Source of the DNA: Vulcanimicrobiota bacterium | GTDB lineage: Bacteria > Vulcanimicrobiota > Xenobia > Xenobiales > JADMJV01 | NCBI GenBank assembly: GCA_050250895.1 | Contig: JBFWNU010000011.1 | Coordinates: 66,487 to 122,466, forward strand | Length of the DNA: 55,980 bases | Direction: 5' to 3' | Shown here: positions 1-9,899 of the stretch, one piece after another | Layout of the letters: each line of letters begins with the position of its first letter | Numbering within the stretch: position 1 is the first letter of the stretch | Notes under the pieces: model-generated | Told to the model about the DNA's origin: nothing | The model's input: the letters and a program-made list of their open reading frames with translations, nothing else | Database searches by the model: none | Translations under genes and position numbers: made by a program

Positions 1-310
1 GCCCGGCCGAGGCGAGGTCAGCCCTCTTCCACCTGGAAGTCGCCCCGGGCGGTACGGCGCCACCACGTGCCGTACGCCCGCCGCCAGCTGGCCCGGCCGA
101 GGCGAGGTCAGCCAAGCGGGAAGTCGCTCTGGGCAGTACGGCGCCACCACGTGCCGTACCACCACCGCAGGCTAGCCCGGCCGAGGCGAGGTCAGCCCTC
201 TTCCACCTGGAAGCCGCCCCGGGCGGTACGGCGCCACCAAGTGCCGAATTCGGCACCACCACGTGCCGTACTCCCACCGCCAGCTAAGCCCGGCCCAGGC
301 GAGGCCGCGG
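1..310 (-). repeat. Degenerate tandem repeat (~85-110 bp units) with the CTTCC-N4-GGAAG dyad, truncated by the window edge
   Basis: GCCCGGCCGAGGCGAGGTCAGCC at 1, 91, 175 and a variant at 288. CTTCCACCTGGAAG at 26 and 200; the copy at 26 reads CGACTTCCAGGTGGAAG on the minus strand, as at 7297/7691/8051. Confidence 0.85.
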
Positions 311-431
311 GGGTCCCACCCGGGTGAGCGAGATCCCCGAGCGGGGGTGCCGCCGCCAGCCTGGGTTGGAGCCTAGTCCGCACCATTTCTGTAATGGAAG
401 AAGATTTGGCACTTTTACAGAAATTGACAGA

Positions 432-680
432 GTGACCTTGAATATCAAGAACCCGGAGGCCCATCGTTTGGCGGTTGCGATCTCTCAGGCCACCGGCGTG
501 TCCATCACCCAGGTCGTCATCGAGGCTTTACGCGAGCACTACGAGCGCCTCCAAAGAAAGCAAGGCAAGGCCAGTCTCGATGAACTCGCGGCTATCGCCG
601 ATCGAGTGGCTGAACACGTTGAAAAGCCGTACCCGCCACACGGAGAGGTTCTTTACGACGAGTTCGGCCTTTCCAGGTGA
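432..680 (+). CDS. vapB: VapB-type antitoxin (Rv0623-like)
   Basis: GTG start gives MTLNIKNPEAHRLA...GVSITQVVIEAL...LYDEFGL; overlaps the start of the downstream PIN toxin. Confidence 0.85.
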   Translation: MTLNIKNPEAHRLAVAISQATGVSITQVVIEALREHYERLQRKQGKASLDELAAIADRVAEHVEKPYPPHGEVLYDEFGLSR

Positions 681-1075
681 TTCTAGATACCTCGGCCCTG
701 GTGGCCATCCTCTACAAAGAGCCCGAGCGGGACGAGTTTCTCAAGCTAATTCACGGGGCCGATGAATGCCTGATGAGCGTGGCCAATTTCCTCGAACTCT
801 CGATGGTCGTCGAGCGCCAACTTGGGCCCGACGCGGCCCGCCAGGTAGACACGTTCCTGCGTCGTGCCGGTGTCACCCTGGCGCCGGTCACCGTCCAACA
901 GGCCCATCTGGCTCGGCAGGCCTTTCTGGACTATGGTAGCGGTCGGCATGCCGCCGGTTTGAACTTCGGAGACTGTTTCGCCTATGCCCTGGCCCGAGAG
1001 AAGGGCCACCCCCTACTCTCCAAGGGCGACGACTTCAGCCAAACCGACCTCACCAGTGCCCGCCTAGGCGGGTAA
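677..1075 (+). CDS. vapC: VapC PIN-domain toxin
   Basis: MILDTSALVAIL...E and LNFGDCFAYALA...GDDF PIN motifs. Confidence 0.92.
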   Translation: MILDTSALVAILYKEPERDEFLKLIHGADECLMSVANFLELSMVVERQLGPDAARQVDTFLRRAGVTLAPVTVQQAHLARQAFLDYGSGRHAAGLNFGDCFAYALAREKGHPLLSKGDDFSQTDLTSARLGG

Positions 1076-2215
1076 AAGCGCCGCGCTGGCCGCGCCGAAG
1101 AGGTTGACGTTCTCTCTTTGCTTGACCAGCTGAGCACTGCGACCCGAGCTGATCAGGTCATTGACCCGCTCTTCCATTCGGGTGGCGAACTGGGGGTCGC
1201 CCCAGAGCAGGCTGCCCTCGCCCAGAATAGCCGTGGGGCCGGGCGTGTAGATCTCGCAGAGAGCGGCCAGCCCGGCCGCCACCAGGTCAGCCGACCGGCC
1301 CAGCAACTGTCCTGCCAGACGCGCCGCCTCGCCCTTGCCCTGCTCCCGCAACTCCACCAATTGGGCGCTACCCCGGGCGGGGTCGATGGTGCCCGGGCTG
1401 AGGCGGTCGAAGAGATAGGGCAGGTAATAACCCGAGACGGCCTTTTCGAAGCGCTGCCGGCCGGGATTGTCGCTCTCGCGGTCATAGTCGTCGTCGAAGG
1501 CCTGCAGATGCGGCGGGTGAAAGTTGCCCGACTCGAGATTGACTAACATATTGCCGGACCACTCCTTGACCTTGGTCAGCGCCCTGGCCGAGAAAACGCC
1601 GGCCATGTTGGTGCCGGTGCCCACGATGAGGCCGATGAACCGGTCCGCGAACTCGGGCTTGCGCTCGAAAAGCACGCCTCCCAGCAAGCTGGCCACGGTG
1701 TCGTTGAGCACGGTCACCCCGTTGGTGGGGATCGAGAGCTTCTCGAGGGCTTTGGCCAGACGGCTGCCCACCAGGGTGCCCTCGACTCCGGCCACATCGA
1801 CGCCTTTAGTCCAGCGAATCAGGCGGGCGTCGCGGCTGGCGAGGACCTCGGCCGGATAAGAGAAGCAGTAACCGAGGGGGCACCCCCCTTTGGGACCGAG
1901 CTGTTGAAAGAGTTCGGCCTGAGCCTCGAAGAAACGGTCGCCAGCCACCGGCTTGCCGTCACGGCCGGTCGGCACGCGATCGCCGAGGGGGCCGGCCTCG
2001 ACCCGATTGCCTCCGTCGGCTAGCGTAACCACCGAGGCTCGCATATTGGTGCCGCCGGCGTCCATGACCAGTGCCTCACCTCGCTGCGGACCATCGGGCA
2101 GCGGCAGATAGGTGGGCAGGCAGGCGATCTCGGTCCCTTCGCGGGCGAGACCATCGAGCACCCGGGCTTTGAGTGTGTCGCGAATTTCGAGGAGCTGGTC
2201 GCGAGTGAGCTCCAT
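1064..2215 (-). CDS. Hexokinase (eukaryote-type hexokinase family)
   Basis: DAGGTNMR, GYCFSYP, WTKG, NDTVA, GTGTN and NLESG motifs; ATG at 2215 overlaps the upstream stop (TGATG). Confidence 0.85.
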   Translation of the reverse strand: MELTRDQLLEIRDTLKARVLDGLAREGTEIACLPTYLPLPDGPQRGEALVMDAGGTNMRASVVTLADGGNRVEAGPLGDRVPTGRDGKPVAGDRFFEAQAELFQQLGPKGGCPLGYCFSYPAEVLASRDARLIRWTKGVDVAGVEGTLVGSRLAKALEKLSIPTNGVTVLNDTVASLLGGVLFERKPEFADRFIGLIVGTGTNMAGVFSARALTKVKEWSGNMLVNLESGNFHPPHLQAFDDDYDRESDNPGRQRFEKAVSGYYLPYLFDRLSPGTIDPARGSAQLVELREQGKGEAARLAGQLLGRSADLVAAGLAALCEIYTPGPTAILGEGSLLWGDPQFATRMEERVNDLISSGRSAQLVKQRENVNLFGAASAALLPA

Positions 2216-3600
2216 CAGGCCACCGTTGCCTTCGCTTCTTGCTCGCGCCACCAGTTTTGGCCCGCCTCGGGCAGCGTGTAGATCGGGTCGTAATACTCGT
2301 ACTGGGTGGCCAGCGCCTCGGCATTCTCGAGTTCGATGCTAGTGCGGTAGTTTTTAGTCCAGTACGAGATGCCTTTTTCGCGGTCATAGCGGGCCACCTG
2401 ATGCACCCAGCGCTTGCCGACGAAGGGCACGTCGCAGAGCAGACGCGGGGTGGCATAGCCGGGCAGATAACCCATGATGTCGTGCTGCAGATTCTGAGCC
2501 TCCCAAACCGCCAGGCGCCAGTGCTCGGAGTTGGGGATCATGTCGCACATGTAAAAGTAGTAGGGCATGATGTGGGCTTTGTCGAGCAGGGTGAAGCACA
2601 GATCCAGCAGGTCTTTCGAGGTGGAGTTCACCCCGCGTAGCAGCACGCCCTGATTACGCACGTCACGAAAACCCATGTGCAGCAACAGCTGGGCCGCCTC
2701 GGCCACCAGCGGAGTGAGCTGGTTGGCGTGGTTGACGTGGGTGTGCAGGGCGAGGTCTACGTCGTGCTTGCGAGCCAGCGTAGCTAGCCGCTCCATGCTG
2801 CGCAGGACTTTGCCCTGCAGGAAGTGCTGGGGCAGACCCATCAGACCCTTCGAGGCCAACCGGATGTCGCGAATGTGGGGAATCTGAATCAGCCGGGTGA
2901 CGAAGGCCTCGAGGGTGTCGGGAGGCAGATTGGCCACGTCACCGCCGGACACGACCACGTCTCGCACACTGGGAGTCTGCTCGAGGTACTGCAAAATCAA
3001 CTCGTGACGATCGTTTTGCTTGACCTCGAAGCGCAGCTTCTTGACCGAAGGAGTGTCTTTGCCGACCAGGTCCATGCGAGTACAGTGCCCGCAATATTGA
3101 GGACAGGTGGTCAGCAACTCGGCCAGAACCTTGGTGGGATAGCGATGCGTCAAGCCTTCCACCACCCACATGTCGGCTTCGTGCAGACTGTCGCGCGAAG
3201 CCCGGGGATGATTTGGCCAATCCTGGCGCCGATCCGCGATGGCCGGCAACATGTAGAGTCGCACCGGGTCGGTCCACAGGTCGTCGGTCCTCATCGTGTT
3301 GATCATCTGGGGAGGCAGCAGCATCGACATGGTCGCGCGGTCGCGCATGTCCTGCTCTATGCTCGCGGCCAGGTCGTCGGGCAACAGGTGCCCCAGCGTC
3401 TCTTTGAGTTCGCGCAGGTTCTTGACCGTGTGTTTTCGCTGCCAGACGGCATCTTCCCACTCGTCTGAGGTGACCTTCGCATAGCCGGGGATGCGGGTCC
3501 AGTCAGGTTCGACGAACTCGCGCTGCAGCGGATATTGGTAAGGCTGCTCGTAGCGAGAGTCCTCTTTAGCGGGCGTGTGATCTGTGGCAAATTCTTTCAT
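2215..3600 (-). CDS. KamA-family radical SAM protein (lysine 2,3-aminomutase-like)
   Basis: GLTHRYPTKVL, CPQYCGHC (CxxxCxxC), SGGD, NQGVLLRGVN, PYY; GAGG RBS before ATG 3600. Substrate not determinable. Confidence 0.88.
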   Translation of the reverse strand: MKEFATDHTPAKEDSRYEQPYQYPLQREFVEPDWTRIPGYAKVTSDEWEDAVWQRKHTVKNLRELKETLGHLLPDDLAASIEQDMRDRATMSMLLPPQMINTMRTDDLWTDPVRLYMLPAIADRRQDWPNHPRASRDSLHEADMWVVEGLTHRYPTKVLAELLTTCPQYCGHCTRMDLVGKDTPSVKKLRFEVKQNDRHELILQYLEQTPSVRDVVVSGGDVANLPPDTLEAFVTRLIQIPHIRDIRLASKGLMGLPQHFLQGKVLRSMERLATLARKHDVDLALHTHVNHANQLTPLVAEAAQLLLHMGFRDVRNQGVLLRGVNSTSKDLLDLCFTLLDKAHIMPYYFYMCDMIPNSEHWRLAVWEAQNLQHDIMGYLPGYATPRLLCDVPFVGKRWVHQVARYDREKGISYWTKNYRTSIELENAEALATQYEYYDPIYTLPEAGQNWWREQEAKATVA

Positions 3601-3673
3601 AGGTTCCTCACGGCGGGTACAAAAACGCACCCCATTATCTGGGGTGCGCCTTCTAGAGGTGAAACGAGAGTCC

Positions 3674-6196
3674 CTACTCGGAGGCCTCGGCCACCTCTTC
3701 CTTTTCGGGTTCTTCGACCGAAGGTTCGGGCTTGGCGACCACTTCCTCTTTCTTCTCTTCGACTTTGAAAGTCAGTTCGTCTTTCTCTTCGTCGAGGTCG
3801 ACAATGATGGTCGAGCCCTCGGGCACTTTGCCGCGAATGAACTCTTCGGCCAGCGGGTCTTCCACCAGTCGCTGGATGGCTCGGCGCAGCGGGCGAGCGC
3901 CATACTGCGGGTCGAAGCCTTCTTTGGCCAGCTTGGTGCGAGCCGCTTCGGTGGTCACGAGCTTGCGCTCTTGTGCCTCGACCTCGCGGCCGACACGCTT
4001 GACCATCAGGTCGACGATCTTGGTCATCTCCTCCATGTCCAGCGACTGGAAGACGATAATCTCGTCGAGACGGTTGATGAACTCGGGCTTGAAGACTTTC
4101 TTGACCGCTTCGAGCACCTTCTTCTTCATGCTGTTGTAGCGAGCTTCTTTCGGAATGTCATCCTTGTTCTGGCGAAAACCGATGTTGCCGCCCTCAGCAA
4201 GCTCTGACAAACCGATGTTGCTGGTCATGATCAGCACGGCGTTCTTGAAGTCGACCTTGCGACCTTGAGAGTCGGTCAAACGCCCGTCTTCGCACACCTG
4301 CAAGAGCATGTTGAAGACATCCGGGTGGGCCTTCTCGATCTCGTCGAGCAACACCACCGAATAGGGCTTGCGCCGAACGGCCTCGGTCAACTGTCCGCCC
4401 TCTTCAAAACCGACGTAACCAGGAGGAGCACCCACCAGGCGCGAGACGGCGAACTTCTCCATGTACTCAGACATGTCGATGCGCACCATCGCGTCTTCGT
4501 CGTCGAATAGGAACTCGGCCAGAGCCCTGGCTAGCTCGGTCTTACCGACACCGGTAGGACCGAGGAACAGAAACGATCCGATGGGACGCTTGGGATCCTT
4601 GAGTCCGGCCCGAGCACGACGGATAGCTCGCGTGAGCACCCGGATCGGCTCTTCTTGCCCGATGACGCGAGAACCGAGCGTGTCGCTCATACCGAGCAGC
4701 TTGGTGGTCTCTTCTTCGGCCAGCTTCGAAACCGGAATCTTGGTCCAGGTCGAGACGATATGAGCGATGTCTTCTTCGGTCACCTTGTTGCCGCGGTTGC
4801 GAAGATTGGACTTCTTCTCGCTCCACTGTTTCTCGAGGTCCTCGCGACGCTTGCGGACCTCTTCTTCTTTCTCGCGAAGCTTGGCCGCCTTCTCGTACTC
4901 CTGGGCCTTGATGACGGCTTCTTTCTCGCCGCGAATCTTGCGTAGCTCGGTCTCGACATCGCGCAGCTCAGGCGGCGGCAGGGTGGCCTGCAAACGCACG
5001 CGGCTGGCCGCTTCGTCCATCACGTCGATGGCTTTGTCGGGCAAGAAGCGGTCGGAAATGTAGCGGTCGGCCAGACGCACCGACGCCACCAGGGCGTCGT
5101 CGGTAATCTGGACTTTGTGGTGAGCCTCGTAGCGATCGCGCAGACCCTTGAGAATCTCGATGGCCTCTTCGACCGACGGCTCGCCCACCTGAATGGGTTG
5201 GAAACGACGCTCGAGAGCCGAGTCTTTCTCGATATACTTACGGTATTCATCAAGAGTGGTGGCACCGATGCACTGCAGCTCGCCGCGGGCCAGGGCCGGC
5301 TTCAAGATGTTGGAGGCATCGATAGCGCCTTCGGCGGCGCCGGCTCCGACGATGGTGTGCAACTCGTCGACGAACAACACGATCTCGCCGGCTGCCGCGC
5401 GAATCTCTTCCATCACGCGCTTGAGGCGCTCTTCGAACTCACCGCGATATTTGGTTCCGGCTACCAGCCCGGCCAGGTCCAAAGCGATCACGCGTTTATC
5501 GCGCAGCAGCTCGGGCACCTCGCTCTTGAGGATGCGCTGGGCCAGACCTTCGACGATGGCCGTCTTACCGACGCCCGGCTCGCCGATGAGGGCCGGATTG
5601 TTCTTGGTGCGGCGCGACAAAACCTGAATGACGCGCTCGATTTCGTTGTTTCGCCCGATGACCGGGTCGAGTTTGTTGTCGCGGGCCAGGTCGGTCAGGT
5701 CACGACCATAGCTGTCGAGGGTCGGGGTCTTGGTGCGCTCTTTTTGCGGAGCCACCGAGGTCTCGACGCCGAGAAGTTTGGTAATTTCGGAACGAATCTT
5801 CGAGGGGTCTACTCCCAGGTTGGAAAGGACTCTTGCGGCCACACCCTCACCTTCGCGCACCAGTCCAAGTAGGAGGTGCTCAGTGCCGATGTAGTTGTGG
5901 GCGAGTGCGCGAGCTTCTTCAAAAGCGAGTTCGATGACTCGCTTCGCGCGGGGAGTAAATACCATCTCTTGCTGCGTCGTCTGGCTGCCTTTGCCTACGA
6001 TCGCCTCGACTTCCCCACGAACCTTCTGGAGATTTACTCCCAGGTTCTCGAGGACCTTGGCGGCAACGCTCTCGCCCTCAGAGATGATCCCCAGGAGGAG
6101 ATGCTCCGTCCCGATGTAGTTGTTACCAAGTCTCTGAGCCTCTTCTTGCGCCAGCACAATCGAGCGGCGCGCTCGCTCAGTAAATGGTTCCCACAT
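3674..6196 (-). CDS. clpC: ATP-dependent Clp protease ATPase subunit ClpC
   Basis: Two Clp-N repeats ([10 protein letters not shown]), Walker A motifs GEPGVGKT and [11 protein letters not shown]-like middle coiled coil, IGF ClpP-docking loop, AGGAGG RBS. Confidence 0.97.
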   Translation of the reverse strand: MWEPFTERARRSIVLAQEEAQRLGNNYIGTEHLLLGIISEGESVAAKVLENLGVNLQKVRGEVEAIVGKGSQTTQQEMVFTPRAKRVIELAFEEARALAHNYIGTEHLLLGLVREGEGVAARVLSNLGVDPSKIRSEITKLLGVETSVAPQKERTKTPTLDSYGRDLTDLARDNKLDPVIGRNNEIERVIQVLSRRTKNNPALIGEPGVGKTAIVEGLAQRILKSEVPELLRDKRVIALDLAGLVAGTKYRGEFEERLKRVMEEIRAAAGEIVLFVDELHTIVGAGAAEGAIDASNILKPALARGELQCIGATTLDEYRKYIEKDSALERRFQPIQVGEPSVEEAIEILKGLRDRYEAHHKVQITDDALVASVRLADRYISDRFLPDKAIDVMDEAASRVRLQATLPPPELRDVETELRKIRGEKEAVIKAQEYEKAAKLREKEEEVRKRREDLEKQWSEKKSNLRNRGNKVTEEDIAHIVSTWTKIPVSKLAEEETTKLLGMSDTLGSRVIGQEEPIRVLTRAIRRARAGLKDPKRPIGSFLFLGPTGVGKTELARALAEFLFDDEDAMVRIDMSEYMEKFAVSRLVGAPPGYVGFEEGGQLTEAVRRKPYSVVLLDEIEKAHPDVFNMLLQVCEDGRLTDSQGRKVDFKNAVLIMTSNIGLSELAEGGNIGFRQNKDDIPKEARYNSMKKKVLEAVKKVFKPEFINRLDEIIVFQSLDMEEMTKIVDLMVKRVGREVEAQERKLVTTEAARTKLAKEGFDPQYGARPLRRAIQRLVEDPLAEEFIRGKVPEGSTIIVDLDEEKDELTFKVEEKKEEVVAKPEPSVEEPEKEEVAEASE

Positions 6197-6560
6197 GGAC
6201 TATCCTCCTGTTTTATCTAGGCGCAACACGCCCGATCAGTGACGCTACTTTCGGCCTAAACATCGTTTTCCCCCTCGTGAGGAGAACGAAATTCTGACGG
6301 CTCGGGTTCCCCGTTGCTGTCTAAGAATGTTACAGCTCGTTCTGAGACTCTCAACATTCGAGGTCACTCGATCCCGTACTGGAACCGGCGGCCGGCGATA
6401 TTGTCTCTCAGAGGCGGGCGCGCGACGGAAATGGCGAGTCGTGACGAGAGAAGCGTCACCCACGCCCGTGCCGACCGAGGGGCTGCCACGTCGTTCCGAG
6501 CGCCTGGGAAGAACTGGAGTAGCGGAAGGCCTAGGAGCCCGACTCGCTAAAGAGGCGTCG

Positions 6561-7235
6561 ATGACCGAGCAGTTGACCGCCTCTGACGACCACACCTTTT
6601 CCGCCTACCACGTCCGCCCCGCCGAGCCCCGCGCCGGCCTCCTGGTGGTCCAGGAAATCTTCGGAGTCAACGCCCATATTCGCGAAGTAGCCGATGGCTA
6701 TGCTGCTGACGGTTACGAGGTACTGGCCCCTGCCCTTTTCGACCGGGTCGAGCGCGGGGTGGAGCTCGACTACTCCTCCGCGTCGCTGGACCGCGGACGC
6801 GAGTTGGCGGGCGCCCTGGGAGTGACCCACGCCAATCCGGCCGAGGGCCTGGCCGGCACCCTGGCCGACCTGCAGGCTTGCATCACCTGGTTGCGCAACC
6901 AGGGCCTGAAAGTCGGCCTGGTGGGCTACTGCTTCGGCGGGGCGCTGGCCTGGTTGGCTGCCAACCGGCTGGACCTTGACGCGTCGGTCGGCTACTACGG
7001 TGGAATGATCGACAAGATGCTCGACCAGCCGCCGAACTGTCCGGTGATGCTCCACTTCGGCGAACAAGACCCCCACATCAGCCTCGCCAGCGTGGCGGCT
7101 GTGGAGAAGGCCTATCCCGACCTGCCCATCTATCGCTATCCCGCCGGCCACGGCTTCAATCGCCAACCCGAGCTACCAGTCACCCAACTGGCTCGCCAAC
7201 GCACCCTCGACTTCTTCGCACGCCACCTGGCCTAG
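6561..7235 (+). CDS. Dienelactone hydrolase family protein
   Basis: QEIFGVNAHIR, GYCFGG nucleophile motif, HFGEQD, AGHGF; start at ATG 6561 after GAGG. Confidence 0.9.
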   Translation: MTEQLTASDDHTFSAYHVRPAEPRAGLLVVQEIFGVNAHIREVADGYAADGYEVLAPALFDRVERGVELDYSSASLDRGRELAGALGVTHANPAEGLAGTLADLQACITWLRNQGLKVGLVGYCFGGALAWLAANRLDLDASVGYYGGMIDKMLDQPPNCPVMLHFGEQDPHISLASVAAVEKAYPDLPIYRYPAGHGFNRQPELPVTQLARQRTLDFFARHLA

Positions 7236-8310
7236 CCCCGACTTCCGCGCGGAAGTGGCTTCTCCCAGCTGTGGCCGGAGCAGGCCTGGCCCGCGACTTC
7301 CAGGTGGAAGTTGATGCTCCCCAGCTCTGGCCGGAGCGGAGCCGGCAGCCCTGGCCCCACTGGGAGTGGGCGAGATCGCGCAGCCGAGTGGCGATCGGCA
7401 GCTCCAGCCAGCGTGGCTGGTCCAACCCCGACTTCCGCGCGGAAGTGGCTGCTCCCAGCTCTAGCCGAAGCAGGCCGCGGCAAGGCTGCAGAGCCCGGCA
7501 GCCCTGGCCCCACTCGGAGTGGACGATCGACAGCTCCAGCCAGCCACGGCCAACCCCGACTTCCGCGCGGAAGTTGATGCTCCCAACTCTTGAGGGAGCG
7601 GGCCGCCCCACTGGCCGCCTGGGCGGCGGTCGCGACTTCCGCGCGGAAGTGGCTTCTCCCAGCTGTGGCCGGAGCAGGTCTGGCCCGCGACTTCCAGGTG
7701 GAAGTGAGTGCTCCCCAGCTCTGGCCGGAGCGGAGCCGGCAGCCCTGGCCCCACTGAAGTTGGCGAGATCGCCCAGCCGAGTGGCGATCGGCAGCTCCAG
7801 CCAGCGTGGCTGGTCCAACCCCAACCCCGCGCGGAAGTGGCTGCTCCCAGCTCTAGCCGAAGCAGGCCGCGGCAAGGCTGCAGAGCCCGGCAGCCCTGGC
7901 CCCACTCGGAGTGGGCGAGATCGCCCAGCCGGAGTGGGCGATCGACAGCTCCAGCCAGCCACGGCCAACCCCGACTTCCGCGCGGAAGTTGATGCTCCCA
8001 GCTCTTGTGGGAGCAGGCCGCCCCACTGGCCGCCTGGGCGGCGGTCGCGACTTCCAGGTGGAAGTTGATGCTCCCAGCTCTAGCCGAAGCAGGCCGCGGC
8101 AAGGCTGCAGAGCCCGGCAGCCCTGGCCCCACTCGGAGTGGGCGAGATCGCCCAGCCGAGTGGCGATCGGCAGCTCCAGCCAGCGTGGCTGGTCCAACCC
8201 CGACTTCCGCGCGGAAGTGGCTGCTCACAGCTTTAGCCGAAGCGACCCCTCCGGCCACCGCCCAGGCCCCGACTTCCGTACGGAAGTTGATGCTCCCAGC
8301 TCTGGCCGGC
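7236..8310 (+). repeat. Modular palindromic repeat array upstream of HNH gene 1
   Basis: CTTCC-N4-GGAAG at 7242, 7297, 7432, 7560, 7636, 7691, 7975, 8051, 8204, 8273 (cores GCGC x6, AGGT x3, GTAC x1), plus a half copy near 7826; each is followed by a TKGMTGCTCCCAGCT-like tail. Confidence 0.95.
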
Positions 8311-8585
8311 GGGCGGGTGACCTCGAGTCGCGTATCTCGAAACGAGACGGACTGCAATCAGCAGTAAGGCTTGGCTCCAAATATTGTGACACCCTAACAT
8401 TTGCACCGTGGAGGAGCAACCCCAAAGCTGGTCCGACCCGAAACACAACGCACAAAGCCCCCAAGAACGCCGCCAGGGTATACGCGCGCCGAACTGCTTG
8501 CCAAATTCATTTTCCAGCTCCGACGCCCCCCACGGCCACCTGTGAGGCCGGGCAAGAAATCTCTCAACCAAGCCATTCCATCGCG

Positions 8586-8614
8586 TTGATCCGGGGAGAC
8601 ATCTTGAGTAAAAT
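8586..8614 (+). promoter_or_regulatory. Putative sigma70-type promoter of HNH gene 1
   Basis: TTGATC-17 nt-TAAAAT; the same layout precedes the paralogue (36429-36457). Confidence 0.65.
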
Positions 8615-8654
8615 TAGATCATCCATTGATTCTTGTTCGACTCGGAGGTCGGCT

Positions 8655-9863
8655 ATGTCTTTATCCCTTTCGGGACTTTCCCACTCACTGCAACAACTTT
8701 CTCACAATGAGCTACACCAGAAAAACTGCCAGGCAAGCAAGCGCTCCTTTGGGTGCGAGTGGGAGCTGGCGGCCCACCTGCTGGCAACCGACCGCAGCGG
8801 TCTCTATCGCCGGATGGGGAGTGGGAGCACCGTCGGCTACGCCATCAACCACCTCAATCTACATCCTCAAAAGGCCGGTGAACTCCTCAGTCTAGCCAAG
8901 GTTTTCGAGCAACTGCCACTGATCTCAGAAGCCTTTCGTGAGGGCAAGCTCTGCTGGAGCAAAGCTCGTGCCCTCAAACGGATTACCACTCCCGAAAACG
9001 AGGTCGAGATGCTCGAGTTTGCCTTGAAGAACAAAGCGCAGGCAGTCGAGCGCGCCGTGGCTCTGACTCCCACCCAATATAAGCGCGGCCAGGCTCTGAA
9101 AGCCTCACTCGAAGCTCGCCAGAGCCAGCCGGAGTTGACCTTCACTGAGCAACCCACGCTAGAGCCCATAGCCAAGCCGACACCCATTCCCGCGGTGCCA
9201 CCGCTGAGAAAAGTCACGCTGCTGATGTCGCCCGAGGAGTATGCTATCTATGAGCAGGCCAAGAGACTGATCGAAGCACGCAAAGGCAAGCGAGTCAGCA
9301 AAGAAACGGCCGTGGCCGAGATGAGCAGGGCTCTTCTCGCCTCGGCAGACAACCGCAGCAAAGTGCGACACCAGGTCATCGTTCATGTGAACGGTGAGAC
9401 CGGCGAAGGCTTTTATGATACCGACCGTGGACTTTTGCCGGCCGAGCCTGCCGCCGTGGACGAGGCAATGAAGCAAACCGGCATCGTGGTGGCCACTGCC
9501 CCGATCGGTCTTCCGGCTGGAAGTAGCCCGCCCGAAGATCCGACTGGGATTACTCCCGCCGAGCAATTGCCACTGCTGTCGAGTCGGTCCAAGGCCAGAC
9601 CTGGCCTACCGGTGGCGCTCGTGCGAGCCGTCTACGCGCGGGCTTTCGGTCGTTGTGAGCGATGCTCGTGCACCGGCGGCAATCTGGCGGTGCACCACAT
9701 TCGGGCCTGGTCCGAAACCAGGCAGCATCGGCTAGAAGACCTGGAGCTGTTGTGTCCGGGTTGCCACGCCAACGAGCACGAGAAGGACTTCGCGACCCGG
9801 CCCGAATGGAAGGCCGCTCGAGACAAGGCGCAACGCCGGCGCATCAGGTCACGCTCGGGATAA
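8655..9863 (+). CDS. DUF222-like/HNH endonuclease domain protein (402 aa), copy 1
   Basis: GGAGG RBS before ATG 8655; helical N-region with LPLISEAFREGKLCWSKARAL; C-terminal RCERC...VHHIRAW...DLELLCPGCHANEH zinc-HNH. Confidence 0.85.
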   Translation: MSLSLSGLSHSLQQLSHNELHQKNCQASKRSFGCEWELAAHLLATDRSGLYRRMGSGSTVGYAINHLNLHPQKAGELLSLAKVFEQLPLISEAFREGKLCWSKARALKRITTPENEVEMLEFALKNKAQAVERAVALTPTQYKRGQALKASLEARQSQPELTFTEQPTLEPIAKPTPIPAVPPLRKVTLLMSPEEYAIYEQAKRLIEARKGKRVSKETAVAEMSRALLASADNRSKVRHQVIVHVNGETGEGFYDTDRGLLPAEPAAVDEAMKQTGIVVATAPIGLPAGSSPPEDPTGITPAEQLPLLSSRSKARPGLPVALVRAVYARAFGRCERCSCTGGNLAVHHIRAWSETRQHRLEDLELLCPGCHANEHEKDFATRPEWKAARDKAQRRRIRSRSG

Positions 9864-9899
9864 CCTGGCCACCAGAGGTGAGTGTTCCCAGCGGTAGCC

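Noticed and set aside
6325-6359. GAATGTT...AACATTC inverted repeat upstream of clpC as a CtsR or CIRCE site
   Set aside because: Matches neither consensus; 7-bp arms with a long spacer may be chance.
7911-8654. N-terminal extension making the HNH ORF 650 aa
   Set aside because: It runs through the repeat array; the RBS, promoter and paralogue all point to ATG 8655.
8655-9863. IscB, Cas9, TnpB or group II intron maturase identity for the HNH genes
   Set aside because: No RuvC, PLMP or reverse-transcriptase motifs seen; only a C-terminal zinc-HNH.
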